Assembly (NCBI GenBank): GCA_013288565.1
Contig: JABDBP010000002.1
Span: 17,997-81,996 of the forward strand
Reading direction: 5' to 3'
Source: Alphaproteobacteria bacterium
GTDB taxonomy: Bacteria > Pseudomonadota > Alphaproteobacteria > Rickettsiales > JABDBP01
Length of the DNA: 64,000 bases
Both the position numbers and the translations under genes were made by a program. Shown piece after piece: positions 53,865 through 62,832 of this stretch (its first letter is position 1; the number at the start of each line of letters is the position of its first letter). Under the pieces are notes generated by a model. It worked only from the letters and a program-made list of their open reading frames with translations, had not been told where the DNA came from and searched no databases.

Positions 53865-54352
53865 TTAGGAGTAAGTGCGACCGAATCGGTCTGGTTTTTC
53901 CGCCATTTCTTTAATTTTGCGGCGATGGTCTTATCAAACAGCGCAAGAACCTGAACCGCCAGAAGTGCCGCATTTTCCGCGCCCGCCTTGCCGATCGCGG
54001 TCGTCGCAACCGGAATGCCGGAAGGCATCTGCGCTATCGAAAGTAGGCTGTCCAAACCCTTCAAGGCCTTGCTCTCCACCGGCACGCCGAAGACGGGTAA
54101 TGTGGTGAGCGCCGCTGTCATTCCTGGCAGATGCGCAGCACCCCCAGCCCCGGCAATGATGATTTTCAGCCCGTTTGCCTCGGCTTTGCGTGCGAAATCA
54201 TAAAGTCTATCCGGCGTACGATGCGCGGAAATTATTTTTACTTCATGCGGGATAGCGAATTTCTTCAGCATTTCGACGGCATGAGACATGGTTTCTGAGT
54301 CCGATTTACTGCCCATTATCACCGCGACTAGAGGTTTTTTCTTAGTAGGCAT
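53861..54352 (-). CDS. purE: 5-(carboxyamino)imidazole ribonucleotide mutase
   Basis: V.VIMGS.SD...M..A...L..F.I..E..I.SAHRTP; [11 protein letters not shown]; GVPV. Confidence 0.95.
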   Translation of the reverse strand: MPTKKKPLVAVIMGSKSDSETMSHAVEMLKKFAIPHEVKIISAHRTPDRLYDFARKAEANGLKIIIAGAGGAAHLPGMTAALTTLPVFGVPVESKALKGLDSLLSIAQMPSGIPVATTAIGKAGAENAALLAVQVLALFDKTIAAKLKKWRKNQTDSVALTPK

Positions 54353-54537
54353 CAGGCTATTATATCAGGGTGGAGCTGGCCTTCCAGCCTAGCTAACTGG
54401 TCTTTTATCATCAATTTGCGCTTTTTTAGGCGCTGGAGCTGCAACTGATCAAAAGCGTTTTCTATCAACGAATCCAGGGATTGATGCTCCCTGCGCAGCG
54501 TTTCTATTTCTTCCAGCAGTCTTTCTTCTTCGCCCAT
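54352..54537 (-). CDS. DUF465 (YdcH-like) small protein
   Basis: L..E...LRREH..LD..I........[13 protein letters not shown]. Confidence 0.75.
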   Translation of the reverse strand: MGEEERLLEEIETLRREHQSLDSLIENAFDQLQLQRLKKRKLMIKDQLARLEGQLHPDIIA

Positions 54538-54590
54538 AGAAACCTATAAATTGAGCTAGACATTATACAGATTTTGCGGTGAATTTCAAC

Positions 54591-55178
54591 TCAAGTATTT
54601 TTATTTTTATGCCGGGGTTTTAGGCCTTTCCACCTCTCGACCAGGGAGTTTTCTACCTCAAAAAGATCAAGGATTCTGCCGATATTGTGGTTTATCAGCG
54701 TGTCGATATTTTCTGGTTTCGGGTAGAAGGCGGGGAGGGGAGGGGCTATCACGGCGCCCATTTCTGCCAAAGCTGCCATCGTCCGCAAATGGCCGAGATG
54801 CAGCGGCGATTCGCGCACCATTAGCACAAGTTTCCGCCGCTCTTTCAAGCAAACGTCGGCGGCGCGGGAGATGAGCCCGGAAGTGACGCCAGTGGCAATT
54901 TCTGACATGGTTTTCACCGAGCAGGGCGCGACGATCATCCCTTCAGCTCGGAACGAGCCGCTGGCTATGGATGCGCCGATGTCAACCGGTTGATAATTAT
55001 AATCAGCCAGTTTTTGCAGATCGGTAGCTTTAAGCGAAGTTTCCTGCGAAAGTGTCAACTGCGCGGCTTTCGATACTACTAAGTGCGTCTCAATGCCAGT
55101 ACTTTTCAATGCTTCCAGCAGCCTGACGCCATAAACCACCCCGGAAGCGCCGGTTATACCAACGATGATTTTTTTCAT
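54591..55178 (-). CDS. ubiX: Flavin prenyltransferase UbiX
   Basis: KIIVGITGASG..YG.RLLE.L; APCS.KT...IA.G; L.ERR.LVL..RE.PL. Confidence 0.95.
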   Translation of the reverse strand: MKKIIVGITGASGVVYGVRLLEALKSTGIETHLVVSKAAQLTLSQETSLKATDLQKLADYNYQPVDIGASIASGSFRAEGMIVAPCSVKTMSEIATGVTSGLISRAADVCLKERRKLVLMVRESPLHLGHLRTMAALAEMGAVIAPPLPAFYPKPENIDTLINHNIGRILDLFEVENSLVERWKGLKPRHKNKNT

Positions 55179-56299
55179 ATCTTTATCATGTGCTGCATCC
55201 GGCGGGACTTAGTTTTCAGGTATTTCCGCACATGCTCATGCGTTTCCGTCGGCGCCTGGATATAGCTGTAAACCTTGATTCCCAGCCGCTCCATCTCAGA
55301 TATTTTCTTAGGATTATTGGTCATCAGCGAAATTTTTTTCACGCCGATTTTTTTTAGGATTTCCGCCGCTAGCCCAAAAGGCCTTTCATCTTCGTCGAAG
55401 CCCAGGAATTTATTGGCGTCCACCGTATCAAAACCTTGCTCATATTGCATCTTGTAGGTACGCAGCTTGTTTACCAGCCCGATGCCACGGCCTTCTTGCA
55501 TCAAGTAAACCACCACCCCGCCACCGATTCTGGCAAAGTATTTGATAGCGTCATGTAGCTGGTCGCGGCAATCACAGCGTAGGCTTGCTAGCAAATCACC
55601 GGTATAGCAGGATGAATGGATTCTGACCGGAACTACGCCGGATTTATCTATTTTTCCGACGATTATCGCATGATGTTCCTTACCGCCGAGTGCCGGGCGA
55701 AATGATATTATCCTGGCATTCGGTGCGTGTTCCAATTTCAGTGGTGCATTGCTGACTTCGGAAAGATCTACGATTTCTGATTTTCCATAAGAATCGATAT
55801 TTTCCGGTGTAACCGCGAGAAAATCATTTTTCTTGGCAATAGCCTCGGGATTTCTGACTTTCGCTATTATCAGCGCCGGTAAAAGCTCGGCCTGTTTGGC
55901 AAGGTTTATCGCGGAAATTATGGCCGGATCGTTCGATGATAGGGCATTTTGCATCAGCGCACCGAAATCTGCCATGTCCTGGCGCGCGGCGGCGATTTCC
56001 TCAAGCAGAGCCCGGCTCAGCTTTTTATCTATTTTTATCAGGGAAAGATGTGTCGATACTTTGGCTTTACCGCCGATAATCCTCGCCCGGTTCGCAGTTA
56101 TCGCCAGGAAAAGGCCGTTTTCCGCAAGTCTTACCAATTTTTGATAAGTTTCCGGATGCAGGTTTTCCGGCGATGCGACCAATAATCCGCTTCCTGCCTT
56201 TGTTTTTACCGCGATAATCTGCCCGCGCCGCAACTCGGAAATCGCCCGCTCCACTTCGGTTATAGTCTGTGCATTTATTTTGTTTTTCGTTTTTCGCAT
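55175..56299 (-). CDS. ribA: GTP cyclohydrolase II with an N-terminal DHBP-synthase-like (probably degenerate) domain
   Basis: VRIHSSCYTGDLL.SLRCDCRDQL; YL.QEGRGIGL.NK...Y..Q..G.DTV.AN; L.TNNP.K. Confidence 0.9.
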   Translation of the reverse strand: MRKTKNKINAQTITEVERAISELRRGQIIAVKTKAGSGLLVASPENLHPETYQKLVRLAENGLFLAITANRARIIGGKAKVSTHLSLIKIDKKLSRALLEEIAAARQDMADFGALMQNALSSNDPAIISAINLAKQAELLPALIIAKVRNPEAIAKKNDFLAVTPENIDSYGKSEIVDLSEVSNAPLKLEHAPNARIISFRPALGGKEHHAIIVGKIDKSGVVPVRIHSSCYTGDLLASLRCDCRDQLHDAIKYFARIGGGVVVYLMQEGRGIGLVNKLRTYKMQYEQGFDTVDANKFLGFDEDERPFGLAAEILKKIGVKKISLMTNNPKKISEMERLGIKVYSYIQAPTETHEHVRKYLKTKSRRMQHMIKI

Positions 56300-56307
56300 A
56301 TGTGCTT

Positions 56308-56383
56308 ATATAGTCATTCCAACTAATGTTTACTCATTTCCTCCTCCTGCAAATCATGTAAATATTAGTTGGAATGACTATAT
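56308..56383. repeat. 20-bp perfect inverted repeat with a 36-nt loop in the ribA/tsaB divergent intergenic region
   Basis: ATATAGTCATTCCAACTAAT (56308-56327) is the exact reverse complement of 56364-56383. The loop carries CCTCCTCC (plus strand) = GGAGGAGG (minus strand). Confidence 0.85.
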
Positions 56384-56413
56384 GGGCAAATTGCTTCAAA
56401 ATTGCAAGGAACA

Positions 56414-56986
56414 ATGAAAATACTGGCGTTTGATACCTGCATCAGCGGCTGCTCGGCGGCGCTGCTGGAGGATGGGAAAATCACTTGCGCCAAAAAGGAA
56501 TACAAGCCGTCACAACAGGCCGAAACCCTGATGATTTTGCTGGAGGAGGCTTTGCGCGCTAAGGGATTGGAATATAAAAATCTCGATTTGATAGCCGTCA
56601 CCAACGGGCCGGGAAGTTTCACGGGAACGCGCATCGGACTTATGGCGGCGAAGGGGATTGCGCTGGTTACCGGTGTGCCGATTTTTGCAGCATCGACGCT
56701 GGAAGTAGCGGCTTTTGCGGCTGCGAAAACTGAAAAAATCACAATAATCCAGGATGCCGGACGCGGCATGATTTATATGCAAGAATTTCCTGGGAAAAAT
56801 GGTTTTCCCACCCTCATCAGTCGCGCCGATGTTCTGGCATCTGGGGTGATTGAAGTTAAGGAAATTCGTGCGGAAAGTCTGGCACGCCTGGCTGCGGCAA
56901 ATATAAACCGCGCCTCTAGCGGGGAGGAAATTTTGCCATTATACATCCGCCCGCCTGATGCGAAACTTCCCGGAAAATGCGCCTAA
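56414..56986 (+). CDS. tsaB: tRNA t6A biosynthesis protein TsaB
   Basis: MKILAFDT......AL........................L.........L..IAVT.GPGSFTG.RIG....KG.A. Confidence 0.85.
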   Translation: MKILAFDTCISGCSAALLEDGKITCAKKEYKPSQQAETLMILLEEALRAKGLEYKNLDLIAVTNGPGSFTGTRIGLMAAKGIALVTGVPIFAASTLEVAAFAAAKTEKITIIQDAGRGMIYMQEFPGKNGFPTLISRADVLASGVIEVKEIRAESLARLAAANINRASSGEEILPLYIRPPDAKLPGKCA

Positions 56987-57408
56987 TTTCCCATCCCGCG
57001 GCAGAAGAGGATTTAAAATCCATTGCCGATTTATATTTAAAATCATTCGGAAAACCTTGGGAAATTGGCTTGATTCGGGAAAGTTTTGCGATTCCCGGAA
57101 CGTTTGCGTTTCTTAAAAAGAACGGATTATGCATATTCAGGATTGCGGCCGACGAAGCCGAGATTTATTATATAGGTGTTACGGAAAATATCAGGCGGCA
57201 AGGGATTGCAACTTTGATATTAGATGCCGCGAAAAAATTTCTGACGGAAAAAAATATCAAAAAAATATTTCTCGAAGTTTCTGAGGAAAATTTTCCGGCA
57301 ATAAGTTTTTACAAAAAATCCGGATTTGAGATCATCGGCCGCCGCCCGGATTATTATAGCGAAAACGATAGAAAAATCGCGGCGGCTAATATGGCCTTTT
57401 ATTTGTAA
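56977..57408 (+). CDS. rimI: GNAT acetyltransferase, RimI-like (follows tsaB)
   Basis: I.V....RRQGIAT.LL; LEV.E.N..AI.FY.K.GF. The tsaB-rimI synteny is typical. Confidence 0.75.
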   Translation: MRLISHPAAEEDLKSIADLYLKSFGKPWEIGLIRESFAIPGTFAFLKKNGLCIFRIAADEAEIYYIGVTENIRRQGIATLILDAAKKFLTEKNIKKIFLEVSEENFPAISFYKKSGFEIIGRRPDYYSENDRKIAAANMAFYL

Positions 57409-57872
57409 CTTACCTTCAGCACCTCATAAGACTTGAATCCCTTCGGCGTTTGCACTTCGGCGAAATCACCCGCAGATTTGCCGATGAGTGCTCGGGCAAG
57501 CGGCGAAACTATTGAAATTTTTCGCAGTTTTATGTCTGCCTCATATTCGCCAACTATGTGATATTCGGTTTCCTCGTCGCTATCGGCATCGATGATTTTC
57601 ACATGCGCCCCGAATTTTACGGTTTTCCCAGAGAGCTTGGAAATATCTATTACCTCGGCGCGGGCGGTCTTATCCTCCAATTCTTTTATCCGGCCTTCAA
57701 TAAAGCTCTGCTTTTCGCGCGCGGCGTGATATTCTGCGTTTTCCGATAAATCGCCATGTGCCCGCGCCTCGGCGATCTGCTGTATCACCGCCGGACGCTC
57801 GATAGTTTTTAAGCGTTTCAATTCTTGCTCAATGCGGCCCCAGCCTTCCAGCGTTATCGGAAATTTTTCCAT
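57399..57872 (-). CDS. greA: Transcription elongation factor GreA
   Basis: MEKFPIT..G...I..EL..LK..ERP.V...I.EAR.HGDLSENAEYHAA.E.Q. Confidence 0.95.
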   Translation of the reverse strand: MEKFPITLEGWGRIEQELKRLKTIERPAVIQQIAEARAHGDLSENAEYHAAREKQSFIEGRIKELEDKTARAEVIDISKLSGKTVKFGAHVKIIDADSDEETEYHIVGEYEADIKLRKISIVSPLARALIGKSAGDFAEVQTPKGFKSYEVLKVSYK

Positions 57873-57882
57873 ACTAATAATT

Positions 57883-57976
57883 GTCATACTCGGGCTTGAC
57901 CTGAGTATCCATTAAATATAAAAGATTAGTCATTATTAGTAACGATGGATTCTCTAAGTCAAGCTAAGAGAATGAC
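57883..57976. repeat. Pair of inverted GTCAT-stem-GCTTGAC-stem-ATCC hairpin elements
   Basis: GTCATACTCGGGCTTGACCTGAGTATCC (57883-57910) and, inverted, GGATTCTCTAAGTCAAGCTAAGAGAATGAC (57947-57976). Confidence 0.7.
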
Positions 57977-58009
57977 ATTACAGCACTGGAATCACAAAAT
58001 AACCAAATT

Positions 58010-58759
58010 ATGTCACCCACACCAGCAGTAAAAGCTACCGAAGTCGCGGGAAATATAGCGGCGCACGATATGAGCATGGCCGGGCTGTTTGCCCAGTCGG
58101 ATTTTATCGTAAAATTCGTGATAATCGCTCTGTTTCTTGCCTCGATTTTTTCTTGGGCGATAATTTTCGATAAGTTTATCCGTTTTCGCTACATCAACTA
58201 CAAAACCGGGCAGTTTGAGGAATTATTCTGGTCTGGCAGCCTGCTTGAGCAGCTATATGAAAAGCTGAAAACCGCCGCCGATCACCCGATGGTGATGGTT
58301 TTTGCCGCAGCCATGCATGAATGGAAACGTGAGTATGTAAAGAAAGCCACGGTCGGCGATCAGACATTGAAAGCTGGCCTGAAAGAGCGGGTTTTTCAGG
58401 CGATGAACGTTGCCAGAAATCGTGGACTGGAAGGGTTAGAGAAGAATCTAGGGTTCTTGGCAACCGTGGGTTCCACCGCGCCGTTTGTTGGCCTTTTTGG
58501 CACTGTGTGGGGGATAATGGACAGCTTCCAGAACATCGCTGCAACGAAAAATACAACACTCGCTGTAGTCGCACCCGGCATCGCCGAGGCGCTTTTTGCC
58601 ACGGCGGTTGGCCTTTTTGCTGCGATTCCAGCAGTAATTTTCTATAATAAATTCTCTGGCGATTTGAATAAAATCTCCGGCCGGGTCGATGATTTTTCCA
58701 TCGAATTTTCCTCAATAATTTCCCGAGAGTTGGATTCCGGAGGCAGGATTGGCCGCTAG
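58010..58759 (+). CDS. tolQ: Tol-Pal system protein TolQ
   Basis: MotA/TolQ/ExbB pattern: three TMs, LATVGSTAPFVGLFGTVWGIM.SF; precedes tolR. Confidence 0.9.
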   Translation: MSPTPAVKATEVAGNIAAHDMSMAGLFAQSDFIVKFVIIALFLASIFSWAIIFDKFIRFRYINYKTGQFEELFWSGSLLEQLYEKLKTAADHPMVMVFAAAMHEWKREYVKKATVGDQTLKAGLKERVFQAMNVARNRGLEGLEKNLGFLATVGSTAPFVGLFGTVWGIMDSFQNIAATKNTTLAVVAPGIAEALFATAVGLFAAIPAVIFYNKFSGDLNKISGRVDDFSIEFSSIISRELDSGGRIGR

Positions 58760-59189
58760 TTTTCAGCAAAGTTATTTTGGCCGCAGCCGGAAGAAGCGTG
58801 CGCCTATAGCTGAGATAAACATCACGCCGTTTGTCGATGTGATGCTGGTGCTGCTGATAATTTTCATGGTCACCGCGCCGCTACTCACCGCTGGGGTACA
58901 TGTCGATCTGCCGGAGGCCTCCGCCTCGCCACTCTCCGGCCAGGATGAGCCGTTGGCGGTAACTGTCGGTGCTGATGGAGGCATTTACTTGCAGAAAAAC
59001 CCTATCAAGTTCGAGGATTTGACCGCGAAACTGGAAGCGATCACCAAGGCGAAAAAGGATACGCGCATTTTCGTGCGCGGCGATAAAAAAGTGCCATATG
59101 GCCGGATTATGCAGGTTGTAGGTGCGATAAGCGCAGCGGGGTTCAATAAAGTTGCGTTCGTAACCGAGAATCCTCAGGGGAAATCTTAG
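58749..59189 (+). CDS. tolR: Tol-Pal system protein TolR (ExbD/TolR family)
   Basis: AEINITPFVDVMLVLLIIFMVTAP; I.L..D....Y..IM.V. Confidence 0.9.
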   Translation: MAASFQQSYFGRSRKKRAPIAEINITPFVDVMLVLLIIFMVTAPLLTAGVHVDLPEASASPLSGQDEPLAVTVGADGGIYLQKNPIKFEDLTAKLEAITKAKKDTRIFVRGDKKVPYGRIMQVVGAISAAGFNKVAFVTENPQGKS

Positions 59190-59198
59190 AGTGGGTTT

Positions 59199-59957
59199 AT
59201 GAAGGGCATAACGAGCACAGAAGAAATTTTAACCGGAGAGGGGGAGACGGAATTGCCAGATCATGAGCCGGAGGACGGTTATTTTGGTTGCAGCGATTCG
59301 CGTCTTAGAATCGAAGAGGTTATGCTCCAGGAAAGAGTTGAGGATGAGTTAAAGCACTTAATAGAAAGCGGCATCGCGCCTGATGAACAAACAAGAGAAA
59401 GGATAGAGGAGGAGCAAAGAGAAGAACTGAAAGATGTTCAGGTTTTCATCATGCGTAATACTGGTGCGGTGGCGCTAAAAGATGATCGGAATACTCAAGT
59501 TTGGCTGGAATATTTTTTGATAGTGCTTCCATATAAAGATAATAAGCCGAAAAAAATTTACTTAAGCGGCCATACCCATTGCGGTATGGCAAGAACGCTA
59601 CTGGATTATGGTGATGATCCAAAGAAAATACTACTTGAAACGCCTGCCATTGCGAGTTTGGTAAAAGATCTTGGCGAATTGCGTACTAGAGTCTTGGAAA
59701 GGGCGAAGGCCGATGGCTTGGATATAGAAACTGACAGGGAAACTATTCTCCGGCGGATGGAAATGGCATTGGTGCATCTGGGGGTAGAAAATCTGCTTGG
59801 CTACAAAGTTGTCAAAGATGCTATGGCAAATAGCAAACTGGAGGTTTACGGCCAGATATTGGATACTGAAAAAAAACGAATAGCTTATAGAAAAACCGCC
59901 GGGGAAATTCTTGGGACTGAAAAAGCGAACGGCGGCGTCACTACTCGGTTCCGCTAA
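59199..59957 (+). CDS. Divergent beta-carbonic-anhydrase-like protein with a ~35-aa acidic insertion, encoded between tolR and tolA
   Basis: FGCSDSR (CxDxR), FIMRNTGAV, SGHTHCGMA (HxxC). A ~48-aa acidic stretch separates CSDSR from the RNxG block, against ~15 aa as I recall for canonical enzymes. Confidence 0.55.
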   Translation: MKGITSTEEILTGEGETELPDHEPEDGYFGCSDSRLRIEEVMLQERVEDELKHLIESGIAPDEQTRERIEEEQREELKDVQVFIMRNTGAVALKDDRNTQVWLEYFLIVLPYKDNKPKKIYLSGHTHCGMARTLLDYGDDPKKILLETPAIASLVKDLGELRTRVLERAKADGLDIETDRETILRRMEMALVHLGVENLLGYKVVKDAMANSKLEVYGQILDTEKKRIAYRKTAGEILGTEKANGGVTTRFR

Positions 59958-60000
59958 CCCCATGCTTTTCTAAAGCCGCGATTTCCCTTATGTTGTAAGC

Positions 60001-60792
60001 ATGAAACGTGGCACAATATTTTCTCTTATCCTCCACGCGCTCATCCTAATTATCGTATATTTTGGGTTGCCCTCCTTATTTTCCCGTAAACCGCCGGAGG
60101 AACAGGTGGTGAGCGTCGAGCTTTTGCCGGTGCAGGCGATGACCAATGTACGTCCGCAAAGGCTTGAGCAACAGGAGGAAAAGAAAGAGGAAAAAAAGCC
60201 CGAGCCGCCCAAGGAACAACCTAAGCCGGAACCAAAACCTGAGCCGAAACCAGTCGAGGAAAAAAAGCCCGCGCCGGTAAAGCCTAAGGAGCTAGAAAAA
60301 ATGCCGGAGGAAAAAAAGCCCGAGCCGAAAAAGGAAAAGCCTGCAGACGATTTCGAGTCAGTTTTGAAGGACGTATCAAAAATAAAGCCGAAACAGGATT
60401 TTTCAAAAATCGAGAAAGCATTTGCTGAGGATGCCAAAACCACCAGGAAAGGCAGCAGTAATTACGATCCGACCAAGCCGCTTTCGGCGAGTGAGATAGA
60501 TGCGATAAAAGAGCAAATCCATAAATGCTGGAACATCCCGTCGGGCGCGAAGGACGCGAAAGATATGCAGGTTAGAGTGCGAGTTTCGTTAGCTCAGGAC
60601 GGCAGTGTAATTAATGTTTCCATTGCCGATACCAGCCGTTATAATGGCGGCGATCCGTTTTACGTTTCTTTCGCCGACAGCGCGGTGCGCGCGGTGCGGC
60701 TATGCAGTCCATTAAAGGATTTGCCGAAGGAAAAGTATTCAACATGGCGCGATATAGAATTGAATTTTGACCCGAAGGAGATGATTTATTAA
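60001..60792 (+). CDS. tolA: Cell-envelope integrity protein TolA
   Basis: N-terminal TM, Pro/Glu/Lys-rich linker ([19 protein letters not shown]), C-terminal TolA-like I..HKCWNIP...V.V.V.L..DG.V. Confidence 0.85.
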   Translation: MKRGTIFSLILHALILIIVYFGLPSLFSRKPPEEQVVSVELLPVQAMTNVRPQRLEQQEEKKEEKKPEPPKEQPKPEPKPEPKPVEEKKPAPVKPKELEKMPEEKKPEPKKEKPADDFESVLKDVSKIKPKQDFSKIEKAFAEDAKTTRKGSSNYDPTKPLSASEIDAIKEQIHKCWNIPSGAKDAKDMQVRVRVSLAQDGSVINVSIADTSRYNGGDPFYVSFADSAVRAVRLCSPLKDLPKEKYSTWRDIELNFDPKEMIY

Positions 60793-60794
60793 TT

Positions 60795-62099
60795 ATGAAA
60801 AACATTATCCGATTCTTTGCGTTCATTATCCTCATTTTTGCCGCAGTCCCCGCCCATGCGGTGCTGCAAATCGATATTACCAAGGGTAGCGTCAGCCCGA
60901 TGCCGATTGCGTTGCCCGACCTAGTGGGCGATCCGGCAGGGGTGCAGATAATGCAGTTGGTGGCCGCGGATTTGGAGCGCTCTGGACTGTTCAAACCCAT
61001 TGATAAAAAATCATTCATCCAGCAAATCACCGCACAAAACGTGGCAAACCCGGCCTTCGCCGACTGGCGGCAGATAAACGCCCAGGCGCTTGCCACTGGC
61101 ACAGTCGTTAATTCCGGGGGCAAATTGCAGGTGGAATTCCGGCTGTTCGACGTATTGGCCGGGCATCAGATCGCCGGAAAATCCTTTGGTACCGAGGTGG
61201 TAAACTGGCGGCGCGTCTCGCATTTAATTGCCGATGAAATATATAAGCGCCTGACCGGCGAGGACGGCTATTTCGATTCGCGCATCATTTATGTTTCCGA
61301 ATCCGGTCCGGGGAAAAACCGCATAAAGCGCCTGGCAATAATGGATCAGGATGGCGCGAACCATAAATTTTTAACCGATGGCCGGGAGTTGGTGTTGACG
61401 CCGCGCTTCTCACCCAGTTCCCAGAAAATTGCCTATCTTGCCTATCACAACAAGCGTCCGCGCGTTTATACCCGCGATATAGAAACCGGCCGCGAAGAAG
61501 TGCTTGGTGATTTCCCGGGGATGAGCTTTGCGCCCAGATTCTCGCCGGATGGGGCGAAAGTTTTAATGTCGGTGTCAGCCAACGGCGACAGTGATGTTTA
61601 CATAATGGATTTGGCCACCCGCGCCAAGCGTAGGCTCACCAGCAACGCTGCCATCAACACCTCGCCTTCTTTCTCCCCGGATGAGAAGAAAATCACGTTC
61701 AATTCCGATCGTGGTGGCTCGCAGCAATTATATACGATGCATTCTGATGGCTCGAACGTTCAGCGCATTAGCTTCGGCGAGGGAAAATACGGCACGCCGG
61801 TCTGGTCGCCGCGTGGCGACTTGATTGCATTCACAAAAATGCACGGCGGAAAATTTTATATCGGTGTCATGCGCCCGGACGGCAGCGGCGAACGGCTTTT
61901 GACCGAAAGTTATCTCGACGAAGGGCCAACCTGGAGCCCGAACGGTCGCGTCATAATCTTCACCAGGCAAACCCCGTCATATGGTGGCGGGCACGGCAGT
62001 TCCAAACTGTTTTCTATCGACTTGACTGGGTATAACGAGCGGGAAATCCTAACCCCGACGGATGCCAGCGACCCGGCCTGGAGCCCGTTGTTGAAATAG
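60795..62099 (+). CDS. tolB: Tol-Pal system beta-propeller protein TolB
   Basis: Signal peptide; I.I.KG....PIA.P.F; repeated P.FSPDG..I.F.S.R.G...IY propeller blades. Confidence 0.95.
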   Translation: MKNIIRFFAFIILIFAAVPAHAVLQIDITKGSVSPMPIALPDLVGDPAGVQIMQLVAADLERSGLFKPIDKKSFIQQITAQNVANPAFADWRQINAQALATGTVVNSGGKLQVEFRLFDVLAGHQIAGKSFGTEVVNWRRVSHLIADEIYKRLTGEDGYFDSRIIYVSESGPGKNRIKRLAIMDQDGANHKFLTDGRELVLTPRFSPSSQKIAYLAYHNKRPRVYTRDIETGREEVLGDFPGMSFAPRFSPDGAKVLMSVSANGDSDVYIMDLATRAKRRLTSNAAINTSPSFSPDEKKITFNSDRGGSQQLYTMHSDGSNVQRISFGEGKYGTPVWSPRGDLIAFTKMHGGKFYIGVMRPDGSGERLLTESYLDEGPTWSPNGRVIIFTRQTPSYGGGHGSSKLFSIDLTGYNEREILTPTDASDPAWSPLLK

Positions 62100-62166
62100 G
62101 GTTTTCATAATCTCTATCAGCCCGCCTTCGTTGCTTCGCAACTACGGCGCGGCATCCGTTTCGCAC

Positions 62167-62202
62167 GCTACAGCGCTAAGAATCGCGCTGTAGCTAAATT
62201 TT
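62167..62202 (+). terminator. Hairpin downstream of tolB
   Basis: 10-bp perfect stem GCTACAGCGC (62167-62176) with GCGCTGTAGC (62185-62194), followed by TAAATTTT. Confidence 0.45.
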
Positions 62203-62222
62203 GGCGAGAGCCAAAATTAGCG
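62199..62222 (-). terminator. Hairpin downstream of tRNA-Leu
   Basis: TTTTGGC-GAGA-GCCAAAA (62199-62216), followed on the minus strand by TTT. Confidence 0.4.
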
Positions 62223-62230
62223 AAAGCGGA

Positions 62231-62314
62231 TGGTGCGGTCGAGAAGACTTGAACTTCCATGGGTTGCCCCACAACGACCTCAACGTTGCGCGTATACCAT
62301 TCCGCCACGACCGC
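62231..62314 (-). tRNA. tRNA-Leu (anticodon GAG)
   Basis: The reverse complement gives acceptor GCGGTCG/CGACCGC, D arm GCG-GAATGGTATA-CGC, anticodon stem CAACG/CGTTG with loop TTGAGGT, long variable arm, T loop TTCAAGT, encoded CCA. 84 nt. Confidence 0.95.
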
Positions 62315-62325
62315 ACGGAAGCGGA

Positions 62326-62354
62326 AATATAATGGGAAATGCTATTTATTCAAG
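62326..62354 (-). promoter_or_regulatory. Probable sigma-70 promoter of tRNA-Leu
   Basis: Minus strand reads CTTGAA-N17-TATATT, ending 11 nt before the mature tRNA 5' end. Confidence 0.4.
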
Positions 62355-62583
62355 TTGCGAGTTTCTAGGCGCTACTTTTGGACACTGTATATACCTGTCA
62401 ATACAGATTTCTGGGGTTATGTCCTAGAAATTTTATATCTTGACTTCAAATTTATTTCTATAAATCAAAGTATTATTGAAAAGCGCAAAATACGAAAATG
62501 TTTGAAAACAATATTGTTGAGGAGTATATTGTCTGGATAGTCACATAAATATAACTTCAAACAATTCTTCAGGAGGAAAAGCT

Positions 62584-62757
62584 ATGTCGGCAGCCGCGCA
62601 TATTGACCACCTTACAGAAAAACACTCTAAAATCGAACACGAAATCCACGATGCTTACCTGAACTTCCTACCGGACAATATGGTGCAGGAACTGAAAAAG
62701 AAGAAATTGGTGATAAAGCAGCAAATTGAAATGCTCAAAATGAGGAGCGCTGCGTAA
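62584..62757 (+). CDS. DUF465 (YdcH-like) small protein, 57 codons (below the ORF-track cutoff)
   Basis: Strong SD CAGGAGGAAAAGCT-ATG. MSAAAHIDHLTEKHSKIEHEIHDAY...MVQELKKKKLVIKQQIEML has the DUF465 pattern. A terminator follows. Confidence 0.7.
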   Translation: MSAAAHIDHLTEKHSKIEHEIHDAYLNFLPDNMVQELKKKKLVIKQQIEMLKMRSAA

Positions 62758-62794
62758 GTAAGTCGCCATGGTCTCGCGCATTTGAATTAGCGCA

Positions 62795-62832
62795 GGCAAA
62801 AAAAAAGGCCCCGAATGGGGCCTTTTCTTTTT
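62795..62832. terminator. Bidirectional rho-independent terminator
   Basis: A run of 9, GGCCCC (62807-62812), loop GAAT, GGGGCC (62817-62822), then TTTTCTTTTT. Confidence 0.8.

Noticed and set aside
56365-56769. A 134-aa minus-strand ORF overlapping tsaB.
   Set aside because: It is antisense to tsaB and starts inside the 20-bp inverted repeat, with no independent support.
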